Shown here: one piece after another, positions 38,089-50,132 of the stretch
Layout: the number at the start of each line of letters is the position of its first letter
Position numbering within the stretch: position 1 is the first letter of the stretch
Origin: Hydrolagus colliei
Taxonomy: Eukaryota
Direction of reading: 5' to 3'
Length of the DNA: 64,000 bases
Assembly (NCBI GenBank): GCA_035084275.1
Contig: CM068746.1
Location: forward strand, 3,410,001 to 3,474,000
Program-made: the position numbers and the translations under genes
Notes under the pieces: generated by a model
The model's input: the letters and a program-made list of their open reading frames with translations, nothing else
Told to the model about the DNA's origin: nothing
Database searches by the model: none

Positions 38089-40617
38089 TCATTGCATACG
38101 ACCATGGAACACCTCGTAAAATGGGCGCTGCCATCCTGATTGTGACCGTCAGTGATGTGAATGACCACGCCCCTCTGTTTGAGCTGTCCGAGTACCGAGA
38201 GATCATTCGGGAGAACGTGGAGGTGGGCTACGAGGTGCTGACCATCCGAGCGACCGACAGCGACGCACATTCCAACGCCAACATGTTATACCGCATCGTC
38301 GACGGTGAGGGCGACAACACCGTCTTCGAGATCGATTCGCGTTCCGGGATCTTGAGGACCCGAGGGATCGTAGATCGGGAACTGGTGTCTGAGTACCGTT
38401 TGACAGTGGAGGCAAACGACCAGGGCAAAGATCCTGGTCCGCTCAGTGCTACGGCGGCTGTGTATATAACGGTAGAGGACGAGAATGACAACACGCCACA
38501 GTTTACCGAGAAACGGTACGTGGTGCAAGTGCCTGAAAACATTTCTGTTAATACCAAAATCCTGCAGGTCAAAGCTACTGACCACGACAAAGGCAACAAC
38601 GCCTTGATTCATTACAGCATTGTGAGCGGAAATATAAGAGGTCAGTTTTACATAGACTCCATGTCTGGCGATATTGATATTACAAACCCGTTGGATTACG
38701 AGTCAACAAGAGACTACACACTTCGTATCAAAGCGCAGGATGGCGGGCGACCGCCACTGATCAACAGCACTGGCTTGGTCTTGGTGCAAGTCATTGACGT
38801 GAACGACAATGCCCCGATATTCGTAAGCACGCCGTTTCAGGCCACGGTATTGGAGAACGTGGTCGTTGGTTATTCAATAATTCACATACAGGCTATCGAT
38901 GCTGATTCAGGGGAAAATGCTCGCTTGGAATACAGACTGTTAGATACCCCTGCAGGGTTTCCACTTGTTATAAGCAATAACACTGGTTGGATTACAGTGG
39001 CCGTGGAACTGGACAGAGAGACAAATGATTTTTATACTTTTGGCGTGGAAGCGAGGGACAACGGAGTCCCTTATATGACTTCCTCCGCCGACGTCAGCAT
39101 CACTGTGTTGGACGTGAACGACAACCACCCTACCTTTACCGAGAGAGCTTATCACCTGCGGCTGAACGAAGACGCGCCTTTGGGCAGCAGTGTGCTGACG
39201 GTCACGGCAATCGACAAGGATGTGAACAGCGTGGTGACCTACCAGATCTCGAGTGGCAACACGAGAAATCGCTTCTCGATAACCAGCCAGAGTGGGGGTG
39301 GACTGATCACGCTAGCCCTGCCCCTGGATTACAAGCAGGAAAGGCAGTACGTCCTTACGGTCACGTCGTCCGACGGAACGCTGACGGATACTGTTCAGGT
39401 GTTCATCAACGTGACGGACGCCAACACACACAGGCCGGTATTCCAGAGCTCGCATCACACAGTCAGCATCAACGAGGACAAGCCGGTCGGCACGAGAGTG
39501 ATGGTGATCAGCGCGACCGATGAGGACACGGGGGAGAATGCCAGGATAACGTACATCATGGAAGACAACATCCCCCAGTTTAAGATCCACCCGGACTCTG
39601 GAACCATCGTCACGCAGATGGAGCTGGACTACGAGGACCAAGCATCGTACACTTTGGCAATCACGGCGAGGGATAACGGCATCCCTCAGAAATCCGACAC
39701 CACCTACGTTGAGATTCTGGTCAACGATGCTAATGACAACAGCCCCCAGTTTGTGCGGGATCTGTACCAGGGCACCATTTATGAAGACGTTCCCATGTCC
39801 ACCAGCGTGCTGCAGGTTTCAGCCACCGACCGCGATTCAGGGCTGAACGGCCGGGTGTTTTACACCTTCCAAGGTGGCGAGGATGGGGATGGAGATTTCT
39901 ACATTGAATCCTCGTCGGGGATCGTTCGCACGGGAAGAAAGTTAGACCGCGAGAATGTGCCGATTTACAGTTTGAAAGCCTACGCCGTCGACAAGGGTAA
40001 CCCGCCACTCAAGGTGGTTGTGAACATTCAGGTCACTGTTCTGGATGTGAACGACAACGCTCCCGCCTTCGAGAAGGACGAGTTTGACCTCTTCATCGAT
40101 GAGAATAGTCCTGTCGGCTCATCGGTCGCCCGGATCATCGCGACCGATCCCGACGAAGGGACCAACGCGCAGATAATGTACCAGATCGTGGAAGGAAACA
40201 TTCCCGAGGTTTTCCATCTGGATATGTTTACCGGAGACCTCTCCGCCCTTACCGATCTGGATTACGAAATCAGAACCGAGTACGTCATTGTGGTCCAGGC
40301 CACGTCGGCACCTTTGGTTAATCGAGCCACAATCCACATTCGGCTGGTGGATCAAAACGACAACGCTCCGGTGCTTCAAAATTTTGAGATCATTTTCAAC
40401 AACTACGTTACCAACAAGTCGAATAGCTTTCCTTCAGGTGTGATCGGGAGGATTCCAGCCCATGACCCGGATATATCGGACAACCTTCTTTACACCTTTG
40501 TGGAGGGCAATGAGCTGAATCTTCTGATTTTGGATGAATACAACGGATATCTAAAGCTGAGTCAGAACTTGGACAACAACCGACCTCTAGAAGCAATTTT
40601 GAAGATCTCGGTCACAG
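38089..40617 (+). CDS. CELSR1: CELSR1 coding exon B: end of EC1 through most of EC9 (2529 nt, phase 1-1)
   Basis: Open frame of tandem cadherin repeats (DxNDN, LDRE/LDYE, AxDxG). CELSR1-type signatures: GPLSATAAVYI, PPLINSTG, DGDFYIE, NNYVTNKSNSFP, LDNNRPLEA. Donor ACAG|GTAGGA falls at the position where mammalian exon 1 ends. Confidence 0.95.
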
Positions 40618-40940
40618 GTAGGACTGAGAGGATTTATCTCCTAACCGTTTGAATCTATAAATGAAACACCAACACTAAATAACCTGTCAAGTAGCTTTTC
40701 TTTGTAAATAACGTTTGTTTGGTAAACTTTGAAAGAGGTGCATGCGGTAGAGTGTTATGAGAATATGTCTATTTGCATTTCAACAGTTGCTTACTGCATC
40801 TGTTGTATCCATCGTTACATAATTGTCCTGTTGTTGCAATTTTACAAGTAAACAACAATTTTGGATCGATCATGAAATGGACAAGTTGATCGGCAATGCT
40901 CAGAAGGCTGCATTATATGTAATTTTTAAAAAGTTAAATA

Positions 40941-41160
40941 CAGTAAAAGCCTGTTTGTCCGGCACCTGATCAACCATAACTTCCGTATAACCGGCATTTC
41001 CAAAAAAAAATCTGCATTAGATTAACCGGAGTTTATCAATGCATTCTTTCTTTATTAAAAATGCATTTTTTTAAATATTTTTTTTTGTGCTTTCGGTTAA
41101 ATATCTGGCACGTGCTTCAACCGGCATTGGCCAGGTCCCGAGGATGCTGGGCTTTTACTG
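40941..41160. mobile_element. Tigger-like MITE
   Basis: TA TSD; TIR cagtaaaagcc / ggcttttactg. Confidence 0.85.
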
Positions 41161-41224
41161 TATAAGGTAGGGTCTTTTAGTACATTTGACTCACCATCAT
41201 CAGTACGTCACTGCAAATGATTTT

Positions 41225-41460
41225 TCCTCCTGCCCCTACCAGATCACCTATGGCATACCCTAAGGCTCCATCCTTGCCTCTCTTGTGGTCCCCTACCCGG
41301 ATTGCTTTCTTCTATCTCCATCACATATCCTCCCTGCCGATTTTATTGTCACACTGAACACAGGCAAAGTCCTGATCCAGGCATTCGTATCGTCCTGTTT
41401 CGATTATTCTAATGCCCTTCTTGCCGGTCTCCCCAGCTCCACCGTTCATAAACTCCGTCA
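41225..41460 (+). mobile_element. Internally deleted L2 reverse-transcriptase fragment
   Basis: ITYGIP*GSILA (GVPQGSILGP-like) followed closely by LIQAFVSSCFDYSNALLAGLP. Confidence 0.75.
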
Positions 41461-42574
41461 CCCATATCCTCACCCACACAAACCTGCCCCCTCATCACTT
41501 GAGTCCTTGCCAGGCTCCAATGGCTCCCTATTGCAGACTGGATTGATTTGGGGGCAAGTTGTTTTGTTACTCGATCTCAACATTGCAAATTACCAACCTT
41601 GCCGTACTCCGAATACAGCAATTTAACCGTTTGTTAAATGAGCTCTAGCCTTAACCTTCCTGTCTTCTGTGTATTAAAAAGACACTGACCTGAAATGCTA
41701 CAGTGTATTCTGAAGAGAAAACTAGAAATCTGACTAAACTACCACAGCTGACTAAGCTATAATAATTAATTATCCTTATTGTTGGTATTGTGCCTTTCAA
41801 ATCGGCAGAGTGCCTCAAAGGCACTTTACTGGAAATACTGTAGTTTGAGAGTGCTATTTCTTTGAATCTGCTGCTTCTAATTATGATCTCTCCATTCTAG
41901 TTTCTGTTACCTAAGCTGGTAGTTTGTCATTTGAGATCGTGAAGAACTGTTGACAATAGTTACATCTACTTTAAACCAGAAGAATACCTACCTTGTGGGT
42001 TTTAAATGCAAGATTTGGAAAGGGAGGAGAAGTTTATTTTTCGGAAGGTGCTACAAGCCACATCAAAACATTTGCACTCGCCCTGGAATCTCTTGATGAC
42101 TTGTGCCGTTGTCCTCTACACAAAGGGTTGAGTTGTTAGATTGTGACCTGTGGAGCATGAACTAAAGAAAAGGAATAAGTTGAGAAGGACAAAAATGAAA
42201 GTTCCTGCTTTGCCATGTTAGGATCCAAGCTTCATAACTCACTCGTGTATTGCAGAGGGAAAAGCTAATGGCAAGTACTGTACTGGGGAGTCTCGATTGC
42301 AACGTTGATCAAACAATCAACTGGTCTACTGGGGTTGATGTTGCTGAGAACAATGATAACTATTCACTAATATTGGCCACATGTTTGATTGATTCTTCTG
42401 ATATTTTTAAACTCCCACATGTTTATTTTTAAGGTTGAACATCTCAAACTAAGTACAGTACCTGTTTCAGACCTCCTGAGGTATATTTATGTAGGAAGTG
42501 AGCGCCGGGTTGGAACCCACCCAAGACTATTGCGATGATTAGATTAAAAAGCCCTTTGCGCGCTTGTGGGAGAT

Positions 42575-42960
42575 ATTCGCCCACAAATATATACAGTCAT
42601 ATTCACTTTACAGTATATTCTGTGAAGCGCTTTGGTACGTTGATAAGATGTGGAAAGCGCTATATCAAATGCAAGGATTATTATTTATTCTAGAGGAAAC
42701 GGAATCTACAACGACGACAACAAGAACAACAACAAAATGACATGTGTACAGCGCATTTCACGTCGGGAGAACGCCCTGATGCGCTGGACAGTCAGTGTTT
42801 CGGACCCGAGCTGGGGACGGGATCGTGGAGGGAAAGGGATGGAAGTGGGGTGACCGATTGCACCATCGAAGAAGTAGATCTGGAGCAGGCTGGAGCCCGC
42901 TGAGCAGAGGGAACGGATAGGTTGATTGGGGGTTAGGAGTTCACAGAGGTGGTTGTCACA
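42575..42960. mobile_element. SINE tail (+, 42575-42685) and L2 3' end (-, 42708-42960)
   Basis: Family tail; then (caa)n, stem-loop and G-rich UTR of L2. Confidence 0.75.
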
Positions 42961-45900
42961 CAGACGTTGTTCTATACTCCGAATAGGACCCTGGACTATA
43001 GCATCGCTGAGCAGATGGCCGTTGACAGAATTCCTAAAGTGCTCTTTGGCGCTTTCTGTAAGGTACGGCCTCAGGGATAATAATAAAGGAATGGGAGTGA
43101 ATGAAGTCTCACTGTTAAATCTTAGTGTTGTGAGGGTTGTGGTGATTTTTATATAGGTTGCACTCCTGACAACAGGTGACCGGATCATCTGTTGACTTCT
43201 TTATGTCGAACCGTTGGCTGTCAGAGGTAAACGTTTTTTAAAAATATATATAAAGCCCTTCATTCCATTCAGATTCCAGCTGTTGATAAAAGTTGGCATT
43301 CCCAGAGTTAATCAGCTGCATGTTTCTTTTCAAATTGTATCAATTGCTCGTGGGCCTTCTGTAGTGAAATACCAGACTTGATTTCTAACATTCCCAAAGC
43401 TATACAAAGGACAGCTGGGAGTAACCATACACTCAAAGCATACATAGCTTGTTCGCCCCTTGGTAGGGAGAGAATCCTGCTGGCAATCATGGTCCAATAT
43501 TGAGAAGCTTATAGCATAAAACAAGAGATTTAAGTCGCGTTCTTGTTAACTTATCGATTCTCATTATGCTTTTTTAAAAAAAAATGAAGCTGCAGTAATC
43601 AAACACCTGCTTACAACCTTGTTTGGATTTGGAAACATTTTTAATCACATTTTAACACGGAATATAAAAATCCAGAAGAACTGATTTTGGGGGGGAAATT
43701 TTAATCACATTTTAACATGGAATGCACAAAATCCAGAAGAATTACATCAAACGAGAGGAAATTAAATCCCTGGGTTCTGAAGCCATGACGTTTAAAGTGT
43801 TTGTGGGTTTTAGGGGTGAATTATGCCCTAATTTGGTGTGTGTACATCAGCATCATCAAGCTTGAATAGAAATGCGAATGCTGAATAATTACCCCACTGC
43901 CTTCCATCCTAGGCTAGGATACTAAAGCTAGCTGTAGTTTCTTTGCTGTTTGGTTGCAATCAGACCTGGCACCTTGATGGCGTATATGGTTCAGAGCCGT
44001 ACCATACCATAAGTGCATGTTCTCACTCATTATACAGAGAGATTGCAGTCAGATTTCACCTATCTATTGGAGGGATAAACAGCTTACTTTCACGAATATA
44101 TTTGTTAAAAACCAGCTATACGATTTTGAAAACTTATTTTTTAAAAGAAACTTTCTCCATCTCTGTCCTCACACAAATGAAATAATGGCTGACTTTCTCT
44201 CTTGGTGTATGACATGTTAAATCCGAACGAAGTTACCAGGAAATATTCCACAACTTGTTTTAATTTGGAGGTAAATGATTAGGCTTTCAAGTGTTGTATG
44301 TTGATACACCTAATGCTTTGTAGTTTCTTTAATTGTACCCTTTAATGTTGAGCGTTTTGGATTGTAAACCTGCAACGAATCAAGGCATACGGGAGTTGTA
44401 ACAGGAGAGACCCAACCAACTCAAAGTGGCAAAAGTTGATGAAGTATAATTTATTATGGGTGCAATGACTTTTAATTGACTCCGGTCTTTTCATCTCCTC
44501 GTGCAGAGTGGGCAGTTCAATAGTTAAATGCCTTTGATGTGCATCAAATCAAAATTGCTTCTTTTATATGTCTCTACTTGCCTAGGTACAGTCTTTTGTC
44601 AGGAAAGACTGAAAAAAAACCTGCTGTATTTATACTAATTGAATACAGCACTTTTCATTGATCTAAGAAGGTCTCTGTTACAGATGAGTTGTCGAGGAGA
44701 TTAACTTTGGTCAATGCAATACAGTAGCTGTAGGGATGTTTGCAGGGAGGTCTGGCTCAGGAGTACAGTATGTATATACAGTTGTTGTTGTTTAGGTCCA
44801 GTGGGTTTAGTCTGAGGCATGTGGAAACTCAGCAACTTAGTTAATTAATGGTATCCTGCTGGTGTGAGTCTTCCACATGTGTTTGCCAGCTATGTATAGA
44901 AATTTCCCATCGGTACAGAATGAACTGTGAACTCTCTCTTTCTTTCATGCGCGCTCTCTTTCACTTACCTACTTTCTGAAAGTACTTGATGTAGGTTGGC
45001 AGGAGTGAAGCAGAGTGGACATTGGAGGTACTTCTAGCATTTTAACCAGTTTAAACTGCATAGCTTACCACAGTAAATGATATCTGGCAAGCTTATACAA
45101 GTGCAAGTTGTCGTTGTGCTTTGGGACGTCCCCCTGACGAAATAGGTGTCCACAAATGTCATGTCATTGTTATTGTATTGCAATTACCACAAAGGATCAA
45201 CTTGGCTTCGATATTCCAATTCTCACCGAATTTGGAAAAATCTCTTGGTTATTCCAAAACATCCATGTCAAATATAGTGCTGTTATTGAAACCTAATCTG
45301 TTTATTCGATGCTTCTATGTACCAGGGCCATATAGCATCAATGGGGGGTGGGGGGTGGGGGGTGTCCTCACCAGCAACAAACACACATATCTGTAATAAA
45401 GTATTGTTCGGACTTCTGGACTTCTCCTCCACTATTATTATTATCACTTTCGCTTCAGTTTGATCAGAATAATAACCACGCGGGAATGAGTGACATCTTT
45501 AAATCAGAGCTAGAGCTATGGCACCTGCACCGAATACATCAAAATACTAAGACAATCATCCCACTCTGTGCAATCCAGATAACCAGAAGCATTTTTTGAT
45601 GTAATCGGATCCCTGATCCCAGTGGTCTATTGTATGAATAAGGCATGCTGGGGTGGCAGTGGGATGTAGAAAATCAAAACTATTTGCAACACAGCTGCAA
45701 TAACTCACGAGCAAGCCAGACATGCGATTTCCATCCCTCTGAGGCACATCACACTTTACGTTCAGACCCAGATCACGACGATCACAAATGATCAGCTGTA
45801 AACCTCACCTAGAAATGTACATTTTGAAAAATTCAAAAATGACCTTTGGTGCATGGAAGTCACCGTCAGTGAATGGCACTCGACAGCTTAACCCAGGAGT

Positions 45901-47044
45901 AAGTTTATACTGGTCATTATATGAATACTCACCTCTTTGCCTCAATAAGCCATCGGTTTCCAATTTCTCCTAAAAGGGTTTTGAGTTTCTCAAGTATGTT
46001 TTACATCATTCAACAAAATGAAAGGAAGTTAATGAGTTGCTCTCAGACTTGTTGGTGTGTATACAGTGAGCAGCCGCAGGGGCAATGTGAGGGCACAAAA
46101 TGGCGTGAAAACACCGATACATATTTAAAACTCATAAAAAATGGAAAATATGTTGTATTAACTGCAACTTGGTCTAAATATAGTTTATCGTGGTTTGTTG
46201 CAGATCAGCATATTAGATTCCCAATTTGTGTGGAGTTAACTCTAACTACAGTATTCTCGTCTTGATTAGAAACATTTGAGATGGAGATTTTTTTTTAAAA
46301 AAGCTGGTGTAGCTGGAAAATATTGCCACCCTCTTCATTTAAGAAGCTTCTCAGTGGGTGTTTAGGTGACTTAGCACCTCAAATTATTAATATTAAATAA
46401 CAATAATATTTGGGTGAGATGTTAAAAACTGAGGTCCCAATAATCTATTCTGGTGAGCATTAAGAACCTATAACAATATTTGAAAGAGAAGGAATTTTGC
46501 TTGAGTCAACAATTTTCCAGTTAAGTTCTTTGGTTCTGTCCTCTGATCAAAAAGGCAGGTACCAGGATTAATGGACTGAATGGATGTGTGTGCTGGCCAT
46601 CACATACACACACACAAATTCATAGCACTGACAAATAGATAGATACAGTCTGCTGCAGTTTTGAGGAGCAAATTCAAAAACTGGATACAAGTATACAAAT
46701 TAAAACAGATACCAGTATGTATTTTTGCTTCAGGCAAAGGATTCTCACAATGTCTGCTGGCTGCATTTGTCAGTTACACAAGCTATTTAAAAAATCATTA
46801 CTTTTTTTGATAGCTTGCTTTGTTAGTAATGCCCGAAAATCATTCGCAGAATCATTATCTTAACATTACACTGCAAACACCGATTCGAAGTTATACTTTG
46901 TCAATTTTGAGTCGAATGGCCGTCTTCTGTGTTAGAACATAAGAACCTATGAATTTGCTAGGGGGAAGCTGATCCATCCAGTCACCTACCACAACCCTGG
47001 CAGTCGCAAGACATGTTGTGTCCCAAACTATACATTAAACACGT

Positions 47045-47300
47045 GGAGCTCCTGTAGCTCAGAGCCCTCGCCTTACAAGCGGGAGACATGTGTTCGAATC
47101 CAGGCAGGTCAGGGTGAAACATTGGGCAAATTTCTTTACTCCACACGCCTAACAATAATCCCTCAAAAAAAAAGCAATTCACAACTGTTTGTGGAACAGT
47201 GTAATTGGCTGCCACGTTTCACCCACAACTATACACTCAGTTCACTTTACAGTTTGCTCTGCATCCTATATCAAATTCAAGGATTATTATTATTATTATA
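47045..47300 (+). mobile_element. Young SINE with small deletions
   Basis: Head, CORE-like segment, Deu segment and tail all recognisable. Confidence 0.85.
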
Positions 47301-49234
47301 CATTATACCCCAATATATTTTTTGTTGGTTCTATTTGTCTTCCAGTGCCTAACGTTTGACTGTACTTGCAGTTTTACCGAGAACCAGGGTAAAGCTAACC
47401 AGCGGTCAAAAGCCATGACCCGCAAGGTGAAAGACAAATAGTGTGGCTCACGATGGGGGGAATAGCAATAGCATGCCTGAGATGGCTCAATAGTCTGCAT
47501 GGTGTCCACCTGTTCCTATAACCCAATTTTAAAACATCAGAAAAACCTGAAAGAGAAGGGAGTCCAATATTGTCCCAGGGGGAACTTGCAAAAGAAATGT
47601 GTTTGACATCACTTCTTTTAGATGAAAATATTTCCCTTCGCACACTTTGGAAACTGCAAGAAGTTAAGTGGATTATTGAATTGTGGAAAATTGCAGGGTT
47701 TTTTTGTTAAATCCTAGCTCACCTGGTGCATTAGACCACATTACTGATCTACTGAAGCAGTTTCCTCCCAGTGATTTTTCTACAAAATTAACAAAGTATA
47801 TAACTTTGAATCATAGTTGGCAGGGGCAATGTTATGATAATGATTTTGTGAATGATAATTGGTTCATCAGTATAACGCATGCTATGAGAAAGAGTAATGA
47901 TTTTTTAATAGCTCCGATAACCGACAAATTCAGCAGACATTGTGAGAATCCCTTGGCTAAAGCAGAGATGAACTGGAATCTGTTTTCATTTATATACTTG
48001 GATCCAAGACTTCCATTCCTGGGATCAAAATCCACAACCTTCTGATTCGGAGTCAAAGAGCTAACTCGTGAGCTGGACACTTTACCTTTTCCTAGTCAAA
48101 AATTCCACATCAGCAATTCATGTCTCCCGTTCCAAATTCCTCTTTTAATTCTCCTGGTTTTCTTCTTTCTCCTGATGGGGCTAGGCTGGACCTGCTGGGG
48201 TTTGGTGGCATTGGCAGTACATTATCCAAGAGGCTGTTTTTAATGAGAGTCAGCATTAAGTGCTTTTGATTGTCCTTTAACCATTCTCAGCCACTGCAGC
48301 TCATAGCTGAATATCTTGTCCAATCTTGTCCATTGCCACATAGGAAATCAATGACCATTCTCATTCAGTGGACAGTGACTGATGTTATCATAAAGTGGTC
48401 TCTGGGGTTGAAAGCCTGCAAGTGGACTAGTGAATCCCAGGTGTTGGTGCCGAGCCTCTGGAACAGATCAGTGTTGCAGATTGCGCGCACGTGTGGAAAC
48501 TCTCAGAGGCTGTTGACTTGACCAGTCTGCTACCGAGTAACTTCTTTACTCTATCTGAACCCGAGGCAATTGTTGAATTTCGAACATGTGCTGGCTTAGC
48601 TTTCAATGACGTAACTCATCACGTCGTGCATTTGCTCATTCAACATTGGATAACCAGTTTAAAAAGTTCCTGCACAAGCGCATTTAGCCATGGAACATTT
48701 GAGACGTCTCGAAGACGTGATGAGGGGCTATATCAAATGCAAGGATTTTTTTTTATCAACATTGGTGTGGTACAAAATTCCTCATTCATGCACGGAATGC
48801 TACTGATGATCTGTTCTTTAAAAATTTGCACATGAAATCTAGTCAACTATTTCCTAATTGCATCTGAAGCAGCAGCACATTTCACAATTGAATGACTGGT
48901 TTAAAATGTTGTTTTAGCTGATGAGTGATCAAATAGCCCGTTATACAAAGATTGGACAGCTGACTGTTATGTCAAGTTTGTACAGTACAGTATAGACATC
49001 CTGATTCAAGCATAGCCTTTCTTGGCAGCTATGTGCACGTTCCTGAGGAATTGGCAGCTGCCACCTCTCACCTGTACAACTTGAAAACTGGAATGTGTTT
49101 GATCAAGACAGAAGCAAATAAACAAATGTTCCACTTTTTCTTAATATCAAAACAGTATGAAATATAATTGGGCCAGTTTGTCAATCACAGGGAATTTGGA
49201 AAAAAAAAGGTAGTTTCTGGCGCGGGAGAAGACA

Positions 49235-49560
49235 AGAGCTACAGAGTCTTGTATGATCTCCAGCCTATGGAATGAGGAGTTGGGGAGGTCGATAAGCAAG
49301 GAGTTTGTTTAGTCGAGGATGGATGTGATGAACCCACGGATGAAGGTCTTGACTGCCTGGGTTGAGAGATAGTGGAGGAGCTGAGCGGAGGTGGGGAAAG
49401 GTGGAGCAAGTCATGGCATGGATTTCGGGGTATGATGGTTTGAGGGTTGAATAGGACACTGAAGTTCTGTATTGGCTCTGTGGGGTGTAGAGTGAATCCA
49501 AGAAGGGTGATGTTGTCAGTACCTGAAGTATGGAGGCACTGCTGGGAGCTAAGCAGGACG
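49235..49560 (-). mobile_element. L2 ORF2 fragment
   Basis: Reverse translation gives ..VHHIHPRLNKLLAYRPP / TEPIQNFSVLFNP, degenerate L2 'LGVxFD' and 'SRLDY.NSLL' regions. Confidence 0.7.
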
Positions 49561-49974
49561 ACCTCAGTACTGTTGAATGCTTGCTCACAGGCAATAAACA
49601 TCGCAATGTGCATACAAACCCCACAAAATCTATTAAACAAAGTCTGTGAGTCCCAAAAGAAATCCACGTTTTCCTGACTTTTCTACTGCAACAGAATACC
49701 ATTGTCCTTTGTAAAGGGTTAAGGATTCAAAACATGCGGGAACATTATCCTGTAGATGGATTTGAGTTCATTGTTATCCTGTGATTCCACATTGACTTGT
49801 TATGAGGGTGTGAGTGTTATGTGTGCAAACGAGTGCCATGTGACCATTGTCTACTAGATGTTGAGGGAAACCCAATAATTCAAGTCTCCATTGATATGAG
49901 AATGTACAAAGAACACGAGATCGGAAGTAAGTGCATGGTGGTTCTGACACCTGGCATAAGTCAATTGCCTTCAT

Positions 49975-50132
49975 ATATGTGGGTGAAACGCAGCAGCCAA
50001 ATGCGCGTAGCAGTATCCCACAAACAGTTATGGATTGAAATGATCAACTTTTTTTGGGGAGGGATTATTATTAGCCATGTGGAGTAAGGAAACTTGCCCA
50101 AGGTTTCACCCTGCCTGGAATTGAACGCAGGT
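49975..50132 (-). mobile_element. Young SINE fragment
   Basis: Reverse complement of body and part of the head. Confidence 0.8.

Noticed and set aside
38121-40652. 843-aa ORF as a standalone cadherin or protocadherin gene
   Set aside because: It is an internal exon: the frame extends upstream to the acceptor at 38088/89, it has no signal peptide, and the last residues (GRTERIYLLTV) read through the donor at 40617.
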